A DNA stretch of 62,096 bases, the filler included, from Sphacelaria rigidula (taxonomy: Eukaryota): NCBI GenBank assembly GCA_964200075.2. It is 9 parts of 9 records of this genome, joined end to end, with 100 filler letters (N's around TTAATTAATTAA, not from the genome) between each part and the next. Parts side by side here need not be neighbours in the genome. Positions count along the whole stretch, not along the records: positions 20,735 to 27,545 come from CAXNAA020017961.1; positions 27,646 to 34,456 come from CAXNAA020017962.1; positions 34,557 to 41,366 come from CAXNAA020017963.1; 6 more parts are not named here. One strand, 5' to 3'. The translations under genes and the position numbers were made by a program. The notes under the pieces are model-generated. The model saw only the letters and a program-made list of their open reading frames with translations, was not told the DNA's origin and made no database searches. Positions 22,320-34,853 of the stretch are shown one piece after another. The number at the start of each line of letters is the position of its first letter. Position 1 is the first letter of the stretch.

Positions 22320-23504
22320 CTGCACCATAGTCATAATCCAAAACACAGAACAGCGTAAATGGATAGATAGGTAGGTAGGTAGATAGATACATGCATACAC
22401 AGAGGCGGGCGCGCGCGTTGTTATAAGCAATCATCCGCAGAACAACGTGTCGTTCTCATAATTTTCTTTTTCTGTTTCGTTCATGCCGTCTCTCGTCCTT
22501 GTTCAGTTGTACTCCGTTTGTTCTCCCCTTCCTTTTCCTTTCCCCCGTTCGTGGACTTTCCTTCAGGGAGTGTCTCCTTTTTGTTTCACCTTTGGGTACT
22601 GCACGTCCACCTCGTATCCAATGGCCACGGCTAAATCTCTCGGAGACTGCTTAAAATATGCAACACTCAACCAGCCAATCAACCAATGGCATCTTTGTTT
22701 CAACCCCTCTACGCGACAACTCCCCCGGTTGAAACCGTAGGTGGACGACATCAAGCATGTGGAAAATGACCTATTCGGGAATAAGTGTACATGAGTCAAG
22801 GGATGGGGACGGCGAACCGGACGGTATTAGTCATGTTCCACCTGTAATCGCACCCTGGGCAATAGATAATAGTCATGTCCCATTGCTCCGTGTGAACAGC
22901 GCTTTCTGGCGAGCTCCCCGATATGTATACTCACGACAAAACAGAGTAGCTTAGTGACGGAAAAAAACGGCTGAGCGTAGTGTACAATTGAGTAGTCGGC
23001 TATTTAGATCAATGCTGGACCTTTCATTAGAAATGAAGGTCAACGCATCCGACCTATGTAGTTAACCTCATCGTGAGCTCTTACACTATTCGTGGCTGTA
23101 GGTTGTTTTCGGGTCAGATTTTGCATTTCGGGCTCGTCCATCCGGTAAAAAAATGAAAATACTCTACTTTCGTGAGTTTATGATTTTTTCAATCCCGGCA
23201 GCTCGGTTCATTTTCCATCTCGAGTGGCTGGGAACGAGTTGTTTCATGTAAGTCCGGAGAATAGACATATATATATATATATATATCGCAATACTTTTGA
23301 CCCCTCTCCGTCCTCGGGATGTGTCCATAGTCTCAAGGGGTCGTTCAATTTCTTCCCGGCACAAGCAGGGCAGAAACAAACCCTTCATATGAGTTTATTT
23401 GTGAGCTAAAGTTTCTGAGAGTCTGCTAAGATCACCGAGACAATATATTTTGTCATAAGATTGTTTTTGTTTACCCCCCCCCCCTTTCCTCTGTTAGCAT
23501 GTAG

Positions 23505-23582
23505 GAACGGTGCTCCGTCTCGCAAGGGATGCGTGGTCAATGGTCAAACGACCATCATGAGTCAAGAAAACAAATACGTACG
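23505..23582 (+). mobile_element. Diverged copy of the C-ended LINE 3' end, subfamily A (others ~27685-27768 '-' and ~30535-30580 '+')
   Basis: aacggtgctccgtctcgcaagggatgcgtggtcaatggtcaaacgac, lying just downstream of a C run. Confidence 0.7.
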
Positions 23583-24185
23583 AGCTGGGTCAGCCAACAG
23601 AGGGTAGGTTTCTCGCTCGAGCGACGCACAGCGTAAAATTAGGAGTTGGACGCTGAAATTTTGACAGTAGGTCATTGTGATCGACATGCAGAACATCCCG
23701 AGAGCAGCAAAGAAAAGAAGGGAAAAAAAAAAAGGAAGTTATGGGGATTTGAAATTTCAGCGAACACAAAATAATGTCACGAGTCCAGGAAAAAAATGAG
23801 AATCCGCAGCTGCTCCCGGGATGTATCATTTCCTTGGGTGCAGAAGGTCTTCGTGAAATTTCAGCTCAAGAGTCGCCAAATTGGGCCGTGCGTGCAACGT
23901 TTTGCGTGACGCTGCTGCACCCCACATATGCCCAGTGCGGGGTGATTGCTGACGTGGATCCATCGCATGAAAAAAAAAAAACGCACTCCGACACGCTATC
24001 GCCCAACGATATCAGACGCGCCCCGTACTCTATGCAGTGCAATAACGTTATCAGCAATACGACACCAATCGAACAGCGACGCAGTCCTTTGTCATCAGGT
24101 GGGTCTGCAGTTCACAGTGAAACCCTTACATCGGGTTCATTCGGGAAACTGGGAGAGCTGTGGTGTGGGCAACGTTTAGCCGCTT

Positions 24186-24292
24186 TTAACCCTTCGACCG
24201 CGAGGTTAGTCTTCTGTTGAATCGGCATCAATTTGAAGTGAAAAAAAAGTACGCATGATCCAGAAAGACAAATCTCGCGGTCTAAGGGTTAA
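24186..24292. mobile_element. piggyBac-type MITE (99 bp plus TTAA TSDs); relative at 57027-57132
   Basis: TTAA|cccttcgaccgcgag ... ctcgcggtctaaggg|TTAA. The second copy is also TTAA-flanked. Confidence 0.8.
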
Positions 24293-24593
24293 GCTGGCCC
24301 AGCTCGCACTCCGCGCATCGTCACTCGCGTCGGAAATCTTCCTGTACGGCGGTGGTGATCTCCAGACGAAAGCAAGACTTGGACATCACATCATACCCTT
24401 GCACCCACGCTACTGAACCCAATCCGACCGGCGACGTTACAGACAGGGAAATTCTTGGCTTGCGTGTCGACACAATTCGACATGGTGTATATCGGGCCGC
24501 TGAGCGATCTCTCACGCGATGTGCTGGGGCGCCGGGCGGGAGCAACGCCCAAGCCGCGAGGGCGCGCGCCCGATCGTGCGTTCATCACTATTG

Positions 24594-26420
24594 CAAGGGC
24601 AGGGTCGAGTAGAGTATACTCAATACTCAGTATTTTCGAAGAGTCATACTTTTAGTACTCAAATTTTGAGTAGAGTATTTGAGGCCGCACTCAATCTACC
24701 CAAAATTTGAGTCGAGTATTTAAGGCCACACTCCTTCTGTCTCATCAAGTCTGGGCACTTACGGTTGTACGAGCCCCCAACGGTGTGATACTTGATTTTC
24801 GATCTTTTTATTACATTCCTCGGCGTTTTTTTTAGCCAAAACCAACATTCTTTCTACAACGTGGATGCTTGACCCCTGCAGCCGCGCGGTCGAGAAAAAG
24901 TAGGTCGGTCCAAAAACGGCCATTTTTCGCTCGTTTTCCCACGAACGCATGAGAGACCCGGGAACACTAAAAATCGAGGAAAATGGGCCAGAAAATGTAA
25001 AAATCGCGAAACCACTATCGATTACGGACGTGTCCGTGGTGTTAACCTACGCACACCCCATTAAACATTTTGTTAGCGTGTACTGGAAAGTGCTAGTGCT
25101 CGACGTGAAAACGTCCAGAATCGGTCAATGAAGGGGTATAAATGGATAAAAAAAAGTCAAAATGGGGTATATTTCGACATAATTTCAGTGATGAAAATCT
25201 TTTTGGTTTCCGTTTTTTTTTTTTCTTCTACCAGCTTGGTCTGCGCTTCACCTCTCTGACGAACCCAACCATAGGATGGTCGTCCAAAATTGAGTAGAGT
25301 ATTGAAGCCATACCCAAGTGATACTCTATACTCAAGTATTACTGAGAGTGCTCACTCAATATTTGAGTAGAGTACTGGAGCTCGTACTAAATCTACTCAA
25401 ACTTTGGGTGGAGTATTTTTAGACCGTACTTGACCTACTCAAAATTTGAGTAGAGTATTTGAGGTCATAATTAATCTACTCAACGATTGAGTAGAGTATT
25501 TCAAGGGTCGGACAAATAATGATTCGTCTGGAAATTACGTGGTTTTGGTATGTTTGATTCGACTCGTACGGATCAATCCTTAGGCTTTGTTTTCAGTGTT
25601 GCAACCCAGGTACACGCAGCCCAGACACGTGGAATGGCGCACAAGTTGGGTGGATACCCCTTGGACCAGCGGTCAACTGTTTTCTCCCTTTGGGGGTAAC
25701 CAGGCCAACGAAATTGTGGATTCGGTGATTCTTAGTCGTGATGATTCGTCCTAACCGTCGAGTATTTGAGGTCAAACTCAATCTACCCGAAAGTTGGGTA
25801 GAGTATCTGAGGCCGGACCCGATGTACCACCGCTGACTCTCCCATGGNNNNNNNNNNCCCATGGAGGAGTCACATATGCGGCCTGTAGAGTCGCTCATTT
25901 TGATCATACCTACCCGACAACACGTCTACTCGATTACTCAATGATGATGAGTAGCGCTCTGTACTGAAAGTGATATCGAAGGGGTTGAGAGGTATCAAGT
26001 ATGTACTGCCATGGGTGGGGGCAGGTGAGCTGGGCCAGGTAGGTTCATTCACCTGCACGCTTTTTTTGTGTTTAGATGGCCATCATTCGCTCATACTCAT
26101 TGTAGCCCGTGACGTACCGCTACTCATCTAATTGATGGCCATCGTTCGCCCATGTATTCAACATAGTCCGTAAAGTGACGTCACGAAGTCGCCGACGGTC
26201 ACGCTCACTCATCATACCCATGTGATACTCTGTGCTCGGGAATTACTGAGAGTGCTTACTCAATATTTGAGTAGAGTATTTTTACGCCGCACTCAACCGA
26301 CTGAACATTTGAGTAGAGTATTCGAGGCCGTCCTCGACCTACTTGAAAATTGAGTAGAGTTAATACTCGGGTATTTTACTCGAGTATTCAAAAACACATA
26401 CTCTACTCGACCTGCCCTTG
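24594..26420. mobile_element. Non-autonomous hAT-type element with internal ~41-bp repeats and nested insertions
   Basis: TIRs caagggcagg(g)tcgagtagagtat / atactctactcgacctgcccttg; TSD cactattg/cattattg (7/8); repeated unit tttgagtagagtatttgaggccgtactcaatctactcaaaa. Confidence 0.85.
25502..25759 (-). mobile_element. 258-bp hAT-type MITE nested in the larger element
   Basis: Reverse copy of 9073-9330 with a perfect 8-bp TSD gagtattt (25494-25501 and 25760-25767). Confidence 0.88.
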
Positions 26421-26856
26421 CATTATTGTCGTCGTTGCTGTTGTTGTTGCTGCTACTGCCGCCGCTGCTGGTGCTGCTGTTGTCTTCCAATTCAAAACCG
26501 TTTCAAACTATGCACATTACCTTCTCACTTCCGTACTGGACATCCGATCCGGACGCCTTCCGTGGTCACAGTATAAGTACGCATATATACATATATCTAA
26601 TTAAGGAAGACCACGAAAAATCAACGAAAACGCAATGCGATGTAAAGAAGAAATGCGAGTGACGCGCAAATGATCCTGTGCCGCAGGCGACCATCCGTTA
26701 GTCATTGGAAAATAAGCCATGCATCATGACTGTCAGCAAGTGACGGCAAAACCGAGGATGTCGGTGCCCAATTCCGGTGGGGTACGAGGGTGCTGTATCG
26801 CTTCGAAAAGTCCTTGATACGGTATATGTACAGCAGTACCAATTACGCTTGGTCAC

Positions 26857-26964
26857 CTCCTCATTGGTGGGGTCGAAGAAGCTGGCTTGCGAATGATTCC
26901 CCGAGAGCACTTTGCGGCGGTAGTTGCCGGCATTGAAGATCTCCGTCTTCAGTCCGAACCAGTC
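26857..26964 (-). CDS. PFKFB: 6-phosphofructo-2-kinase (PFK-2/FBPase-2 family) internal exon
   Basis: cag|GAC...GAG|gtgac, 108 nt. DWFGLKTEIFNAGNYRRKVLSGNHSQASFFDPTNEE matches the W.G..T.vFN.G.YRR...FFdP.Nee motif after the kinase P-loop. Confidence 0.88.
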
Positions 26965-28873
26965 CTGTGGGCAAATCATGGGGAGGAGCATGTGGGAGGC
27001 AGCTACGGCCGCGCTTTGTCTACCATGAGAAATATCGAGGTTTTCGTCATTTTTCATCGTTCCGAGAAAGGGACGGGACACAAGAAGATCACTGCACCGC
27101 GCCCGAACTGTTGAGCATACGCTCAAGCTTGGCAGGGAGGTGAGGGTTGTGTTATTACCATGATACATAACTACAGAGCAATGTGTCGATAAATGCTTTC
27201 AATTTTCACGTTGCACGGCAGCCTTTTTCTCCTTCCTCAGCGAAACTGTCCGCATGACTATTATTGCAAAATTGACAGCAAAATCTCAGCACAGAAGCTG
27301 TCACCCGCATCTTATTTTACACCAAAACAAAAGAGAGATGGTTCAACAGTTCAGTGCACAACGCACTGACACTCTCTCTCAACACACGTTTTTTTCTCGC
27401 ACGAACTCTACCGTGACTTCACGAACCCCTCCTTTGCAAGAGTGTGCCGCGAACCCTGCTTCGTTCCACCACCTGACACTTTCTACGATAGCCCCCCCCC
27501 AAAACCAGCTAAAAATGTCACGAAAAAAATGGCCATACAGCGCCTNNNNNNNNNNNNNNNNNNNNNNNNNNNNNNNNNNNNNNNNNNNNTTAATTAATTA
27601 ANNNNNNNNNNNNNNNNNNNNNNNNNNNNNNNNNNNNNNNNNNNNTGCACCGGCGACGTCACAGCGTCAGGAGAGGGAGGTAGCGGGGGGTGGTCGGGGG
27701 GTGCCGCACTCATGTGTTGCTTGCCTTAATCGTTTGGCCATTCACCACACATCCCTTTCGAGACGGGGAGGAGTGAAGTGGAAGATAAAGCTACAATATG
27801 CGGTTCCGAAAGAGAAAGGTTCTTCTTACGGAACGGAAAACGTCATTTTCCACGTGAAAAGTGCTGCGGACATCGAGATACTGAGTGACCCGTGCAAGCT
27901 ATCGTTGAGATGTAATCTGGACAACACAAGCTTGCCTCGGTAGCGATGAATAGGTGGGGAGGGAAATTGAGATCGTATCTTGCTCTCCGAAACAAAATTC
28001 CCAATGCGTGCTTGTTTTGGCGCTTCCGCGCCAACTTTTGCCCGATACTTGGGTCTGGGCTGATTCTCTCACCTACAAGCTGGTTCAGATTAAATACTCA
28101 AAAATTATTCCCCGGCTGATGACGAACGCAATACCCAGCCAACATGCACGAATGTGGTATTATACTGACCGCAATGAACAGACAAAATTGGTGAAATAGC
28201 CAAATTTTTGTTCAAGGCTATGGCGGTGGCGCTATGGACAAAAGTATGTCTCGACCAATCAGCACCCTTCAAATTGTTCCGAAACTGAAAACACGAGTTC
28301 AAAGCCCAATTTGCACCGAATCTCCACATGGTTCAAATCGTAGTAACCGTCATCAGCCTGGGAATCTAACGGGAGAAACAGAGTTGAAAACGGTTCCAAC
28401 GGGGTCGAATTTTTCCGGAAACCGTAATGTTTCGGTTATGTGGTTCTTTGGCGTCGTCTAATTTCCAGTCATGATACGTACGAAAGACCCACGGAGCCTT
28501 GTGACGATTTCCCTTTTATCTGTTGCAGAAAAGCTCAGGTCATCCTCAAACTTGGCAGTTCCGTAGGTATTGATGCTCCAAATGGAAAAGTTGCACTCTT
28601 CGCAGGATTTCGAAGTTTCCCCGTTCTCTATCGGCTTCCGGGGGTCGCAGTATAAAGACCCCGGAAACCGGTACAGGATGCCCTAACACCAAAATTTTGA
28701 CACCTTAGGGTTAGTGGTATCCCAAGGAACGTGTATCAATTGTTGTTGCTCAACTCGAAAAACTGAATCGGCTGGGTCTTTTACCGTAAAAACAACCCTC
28801 AAAAAGGGCGATTCTATACTTTACTCAAGTAATTAGGGGGACACGCAGACTTCAGCGCACTTTTTGGCATTTT

Positions 28874-29139
28874 CTCACGCCGTTTTTTCGAGTTAAGACC
28901 ACGAAAATTTGCACACATGTTCTGGAGGGCACTATCTACAACTCGACGACCTTTTTTTGTTTCCCCTCTTCTTGGTGGCTTTTTATCCAAGGTCTCGGTT
29001 GACCTACTTGGCCGGGGGAGGGGTCAGATCCCGACTATCTCGACACCAAAAAAATAAAAAACGGCCTTCAAGTTTCAGATAGTGCCCTCAAGAACATGTG
29101 TGCAAATTTTCGTGGTCTAACTCGAAAAAACAGCGTGAG
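28874..29139. repeat. Inverted repeat, ~64-bp arms (28874-28937 / 29077-29139), probably part of a MITE
   Basis: ctcacgccgttttttcgagttaagaccacgaaaatttgcacacatgttc..agggcactatct vs its near-exact reverse complement. Confidence 0.75.
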
Positions 29140-29735
29140 TAAATCCCGGGGAATGAATTTTGGGAGTTCAATCTGAACCAGGTCGTACCTGGGAAAGACA
29201 TGGCGTACTCTTTCTGAGGATCCCAGCGGGGCTCCTCGATTCTTCGTACTGCCCAGTTCGCCTTTTGGGCTTACTAGAAGCATCTCCTTAATCCCGAGCA
29301 AATCTCATAATTTGATTTCTCGTGAGATTTTATAGGGATTCCTCTAAAGGACTGCTTGATTTGTAAGAGAAGTTTCCACTGTAGTCTGGTGACCGTCGAA
29401 TAGGAGGTGCGTACAAAAAATCGTAGAAGTGAGCTAGAATCCTCCCTTGAAAATAAAGCAAGTATCTTCCTAGAGGAAAAATCTGCCAAGTCTCGTTTTA
29501 TTGCAATAGTCGACGCCGAACCACCAATGCCGTCCTTGTCCTGAAATATGTTCCCATATCCTCGAGAATTAGCCTTTATATACCTGATCCAAAATAGGTA
29601 GCACTACCGCTCAAACATGACTCCAGTAGTTGATGGAGAGCCCTCTCCGTCGACAACGCCCAGAACAAGAAACGATCAAGGAACGGCGACGACCTATGAG
29701 CTTTCTGATTTTCAAAGGCAAATCGGACTTCAGCG

Positions 29736-30209
29736 CATCGTGGACAACAGATCATATCGCCAAAACGTGTGCTGCGTACAGTATGGAAGCTATTGTCTAC
29801 TTAGGCCGGATGTTATGGCAAACCAATTTTTGGCTCACGGATTCTTCACGATTGGGACGTTTGATCCACCTTTTGACCCTCAAACAGGGAAAACCGCCAA
29901 CACACGTCTCGGACACTTTGCATCACCCCACACAGAGGAGCCCAGTCTGCTTTCCTAGTTCGCTTGGCTCCGAGGTGTCGAGATTGGCCGCTGAACAAAA
30001 ATTCGTGCGCAAAAATCTGTGCTTGCCGGTCCCCGCCAGGTTGGGCGGTTTTCCCTGTTTTGGGGTCAAAAGGTCGGTCAAACGTCCCAAACGTGAACAA
30101 TCCGTGGGCCAAAAATCTGTTTGCCATAACATCCGGGCCAAGTAGACAATAGCTTCCATACTACTGTACGCAGAGCACTTCTTGACAATGTAATCTTTTG
30201 TCCCGGGTG
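29736..30209. mobile_element. Foldback/MITE with ~160-bp inverted arms
   Basis: Arm 29736-29900 is the reverse complement of ~30041-30209. The terminus caccctggacaa also occurs at ~34127 and ~56823. Confidence 0.75.
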
Positions 30210-30241
30210 AGGATTTTTGTCATTGGAGCATGGATTCTCAC

Positions 30242-30296
30242 CTTCCTCAGCTTGGAGACGGCTCCCGGCTTCCCGTTGACGCACACGTACGCGTAC
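30242..30296 (-). CDS. VPS13: VPS13 family exon
   Basis: cag|G TAC GCG...AAG|gtgaga. Completes WWR-YA and reads YAYVCVNGKPGAVSKLRK. Confidence 0.75.
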
Positions 30297-32019
30297 CTGG
30301 TAACGGGAACAGCGAAGGTATTTTATCGGATATCGCATGTCGGATCACCGAAAAGGTACGCCTTACGGGAAAATGAACATACAGTATACACGAAATGGTA
30401 TTAGCAACCAGGAGAGTACACAAACGAAACAGGTATACATGATCGAAAAGGTATACCAAGAAAGACGCGCACAACGAAGAAGCGTTACAGATGTGAGTGA
30501 AGGGTGTACACACGAACAAGGAACAAGTTTTTCGGAACAACGACTAAGCCAAGCAAAAAATGAGTATGACCCCGCCCCCAACTCAGTGTGTGTTTCTGGG
30601 CCATATCGAATGTTTTCCGTCATCGTTTCCCATTTTCCACCGCGTGGATCTTCGGGTTTCTACACGGTAAAGCTTGAAGTCTGCCGCGAATCTCAGCAAA
30701 TCTTTGTGGAGCAACGGGTAACGCCGTTCCAGCAAGCTACATCAACCACAGGGCTCATCTCAAACATTGATGCTACCGCTGAAAACACAGCGCGGTCCAT
30801 TCATTTCTTGGTGAATTACAATCCTAGTACAACTGCAATATAACGGATGTGTAGGATCCTCCCCGTCCCGTGCCCCATTGTCCGGCGAGAACCCGGCGTG
30901 CTCCATCCCCGGTTTTGTAGGGATGCGAGATCATTGACCTTACGACGACGGCATGCAATATCATGGGTACACCCCTCCCCTCCTCCCCCCTGACTGATTT
31001 TGAGCATCCGCGGGAACTGAGGGCTATGCGCTACTCCGCATGCTGCGTCCAGCGCTGCAGGGAGCTATTGGTGCAATGCGCAATGAAACGAAATAAATGA
31101 AAATAAAAATAAAAATATATTGAAGAAATAGTATACCATTAATCATTCATTAATTATTGAAATATCAACGTTGGGCTGGGGTTTGGATTATTGTATTTTC
31201 AACAAGGCGGAGAAAAATATATATTATATTATAATGAAATGAAAAATGACATAATATAAATAAATTAATTAGATGGTTGGTTGGGATTGAATGAATGGGT
31301 TATGGATGGGTTGGATGGTTGGTTGAGTTCTAATTTTTTTGACAAGTGAAAGACAACATGGGAAAACAGACGGTCAATGAACTATTAATAGCTCCTGATC
31401 CGTATCAGTGAACTAAAAGAACATAATACTGAGGTAGCTCGTGAGCTGTTCGATATGTGGAAAATTTGTGCTATTCTCCTACAACCTGAAAATATTTACA
31501 CATGTTGTAACAGCCGCTACATTGGTCTCAACTCTTGAAGCGGCTGCAACTATTGACACCCTACTTCCGCCGGTCACGTTTCAGCTCAACACGCTGCCGA
31601 TTCAGCAATTGGACACACCCAGGTGATCGAAGGGTTGAGCGAAACAGAATGCGAGGGACTACCCGCCTCGCCACGCGTACAACACGTGGCTACCAATTTC
31701 CCCAAAAATAATAGAGTGCGACAATCAATCAATTTATTGGAATACAAACTCTTCCGAACCGCGCCGGAACAGGCGACCGTCTGGCGTCCGGTCGCGAATA
31801 AAAAAGTTGACACAGAAGTACCAAGTGTGCTCGGGGTAGTGTAGCATACAAAATACCCGTGAGTACTACGATATACTGGAAATTTTCTCTGTCGAAACTC
31901 CAGGAACTACTAGGTTCTCACCGCTTTCGACAATCGATATCCTGCGTACCCTACACTTTCGGGTGCAAAAATACCCTCAACACGCAGGGTAACTCATGGT
32001 ACGTATCCTCTTCCGGTAG

Positions 32020-32371
32020 ACTTCCACCACTTAGGCGGATGGAACTTTTCCGGATTTTCATTACTTGATTCAAGTGTGGACACGTGAGTTCACCACTCGA
32101 TCGGTCGGAGCCTTTTCCGGAATTTTGTTACTTGATTCGAGTGCGAACAAATGACCTCACCACTCGGTCGTGCAGAATTTTCCCGAATCGAGTGGGGACA
32201 CGTGAGTTCACCACTCGATCGGTCGGAACCTTTTCCGGATTTTTTTTACTTGATTCGAGTGGGAACACGTGACCTCACCACTTGGTCGAGCGGAACTTTC
32301 CCAGAACTTTGTTGCTTGATTCGAGTGCGAACACCAATATTCGGATCTTAAGTGAGGCTGACAACAGTCCC
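32020..32371. repeat. Five imperfect 51-67-bp tandem units leading into a repeated element end
   Basis: caccact..tcgg..cttttccgga.ttt..tacttgattcgagtg at 32025, 32091, 32158, 32209 and 32276. The distal end matches 47468-47525 (reverse); one unit occurs at ~43290-43350. Confidence 0.75.
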
Positions 32372-32512
32372 CACGTTGCCCTAGCGTGCGCAGAACGCGT
32401 TTTTGTTAAAATCGGCGCCTGAGTTGAGGTCTACCAACGCCACACTTTGCCTAGGGCTCTTCTATCCTCGGACACCTTCGAAAACTACTGCAAACTAGTT
32501 CTACCCTCGCAC

Positions 32513-32661
32513 CTCCACCAGGCCCTGGGGTCCTGCAATGGGCTGGTCTTGGGACGGTAGGGGAAGAATGTCTGCCAGTTGGACAGGGCAGTGAAACTGT
32601 CCTTGAGCTGTAGGATCTGCTCGTATTGCTCCGCTCGTACGTCGATGCGCACATCATTCAT
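32513..32661 (-). CDS. VPS13: VPS13 family exon
   Basis: cag|ATG...AG|gtgcg. MNDVRIDVRAEQYEQILQLKDSFTALSNWQTFFPYRPKTSPLQDPRAWWR matches the 'QY...YRP......dPraWWkYA' VPS13 motif. Confidence 0.88.
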
Positions 32662-33554
32662 CTGCGTTCGAAGAAACACGCAAGCCGTTCACATGTACGT
32701 GTACATGTTCCTTGTTTCATTGTCTATCGTGTTTGAACTCATGTTCCCGAATATTTTCCCCGCAGTCACACTTTTGATCTCTCCCCCACCTTTTCCCCGC
32801 GTCAATCCTCTGGTAAATCATGAACATATTTTCTCCTTCACCACGAACGACCGCGCGATTACTCAACTCTCAAACTCTAATTTGTGCGATGACAAGACCG
32901 GCCCGAAAAATTGGGATTACCTTTCATGCTTTACATACTATGCAGCCGAAAAGGTGTACTGGATGAACGAAAGAAGAAATGCGCTCTTCGAGCTCGTCAT
33001 TTGAATTGCGTAGCGTATTCAAACAAACGTAGACAATGGTACCCGTGCTCATGAATACATGTGTCCCCTAATCATGACACCACAAGAGGCACTTCTCACT
33101 GTAGGCCAAGAGCACGATAGAGAAGGTAACCACTGTAAAGTGTCAGAGATTTGAATGACAAACCGAAATAACCAAGATTCTTCGGAGTCAGCTCGTGAAT
33201 GATACTGGGAGAGTCAAGCGTTCAGTTTCCGCGGTGAGTTTTACATCTACACTCCTTACATGTACAAACATCGTATTTTTCATTGATTGTCAGGACATCC
33301 ATATGATATCACCTCTCAAACATCAAGATCCCTTCTCCACGAATCCGTGCTTTTCTCCTCTTCTTCAAAAGCAATATTTCCAGTACTTGCAGACCGACAA
33401 TAAAAAAACTATACGAATATACGATACATGATGGAAATCACATTCTCGGATCACAACTACTCCCACAGTGCAACCATCTTTTCAGATGCGCCCTCCTGAC
33501 ATGCCCGCGTGCACAGAACAAAATAAAATAAAATAAAATAAAGAGAAAAGATAC

Positions 33555-33753
33555 CTCAAACGAAGCCTCGAACTTGGGTCCAACCACATCATCAGGATCG
33601 TCATTGTGGATAAACTTCAGCTCGAAGCTCGTGGGCCGTATCACGTCCCCGCGGGCCAAACCGCCTCCATTGTCCCCCTCCGGAACCGTCATCTGCTCGT
33701 CCACGAACTCCTTCAGGGCGTAGAACTTCATCTCCGCGGGCAGTGATTCGTAT
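33555..33753 (-). CDS. VPS13: VPS13 (chorein) family, N-terminal region exon
   Basis: cag|A...GAG|gtat, 199 nt. YESLPAEMKFYALKEFVDEQM...DVIRPTSFELKFIHNDDPDDVVGPKFEASFE; phase-compatible with the next exon. Confidence 0.75.
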
Positions 33754-34853
33754 CTGATTTTTCACGTACGCACACACAACACACGCACAAAAGGACACGT
33801 ATGTGGATAATGGCAAAACGATATCACAAACAACTATATATTTTTCAGGACTGATCGCGGGTTTTACATTGGTTACACCGTGTGAAAAAAAATTTCATGC
33901 ATACTGACTAGACGGAAGGTGCTGGGTTCGGACCCCGGCACGGATACGAATTAAAAAAAAAAAAATCCTAACTTGAGCGGGCAAAAAGACAAATTTCAAG
34001 CCCGCTATGGAACGAGCAAGCAAGCAGAATTCACGAACTCGCGGACGAAAGTACTCCTGTGGAGGCTATTGGCTGGGCAACCCAGTGCTTGCACGAGGCA
34101 TGAGGAAGGTGCAAACACGTATAATAACACCCTGGATAATATATTATCAATAGTTGCAAGAGACAAAAAATGTACTGCGAAAAGTATAGGCCTTTTGCAA
34201 CTATTATTGGCCGACAACAGTTGCAGCACTGTAGGCCTATACTTCAACAGAACATTCATGTCTAGAGCAAGTATTGACCGTAAAATTGTCCACGGTGTGA
34301 AAAATGTCATCACCGCTAGCCGGCGGAACAGTTGCCTTTACACAGACCACACGGTAGTGGATGTGCGATCGCGGTTACAGAAGAATGCACGGTTCGGACA
34401 AATCATCACGACTCAAAATCACCAAATTCACGATTTCTTCTGCCTGGTTGCCCGAANNNNNNNNNNNNNNNNNNNNNNNNNNNNNNNNNNNNNNNNNNNN
34501 TTAATTAATTAANNNNNNNNNNNNNNNNNNNNNNNNNNNNNNNNNNNNNNNNNNNNAGTAAAATAACCACCAACGGACATCTGTCAAGGTGTCTATATCT
34601 TAGCTTCTTCTACCCCCGCCCCGGCCGCTGGGGTGTCCGCCCCTGACGGAACTACATCTCTCTCGTCTTCGGCTCCCGCGCCGATGGATACATCCAAGTC
34701 GTCAAGTTCCGCCAGTCGCGCAGGCAAGTACTTGAACACCTGTGTTTGTGGTTGACACTTGTACATGTGCAGATATGCATATGAACTTCAAGATTCTTGG
34801 TTCAAGATCGTCAAAGAACTCATGATAATTATGTGCTCGAAGTCGTTCATCAT

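Noticed and set aside
22741-22794. Possible plus-strand terminal exon VDDIKHVENDLFGNKCT*
   Set aside because: Too short, no partner exons, and antisense to better-supported exons.
24660-26400. CRISPR-like repeat/spacer pattern (tttgagtagagtatt)
   Set aside because: The intervening sequences are homologous and the array is bounded by TIRs and a TSD, so it is a transposon-internal minisatellite.
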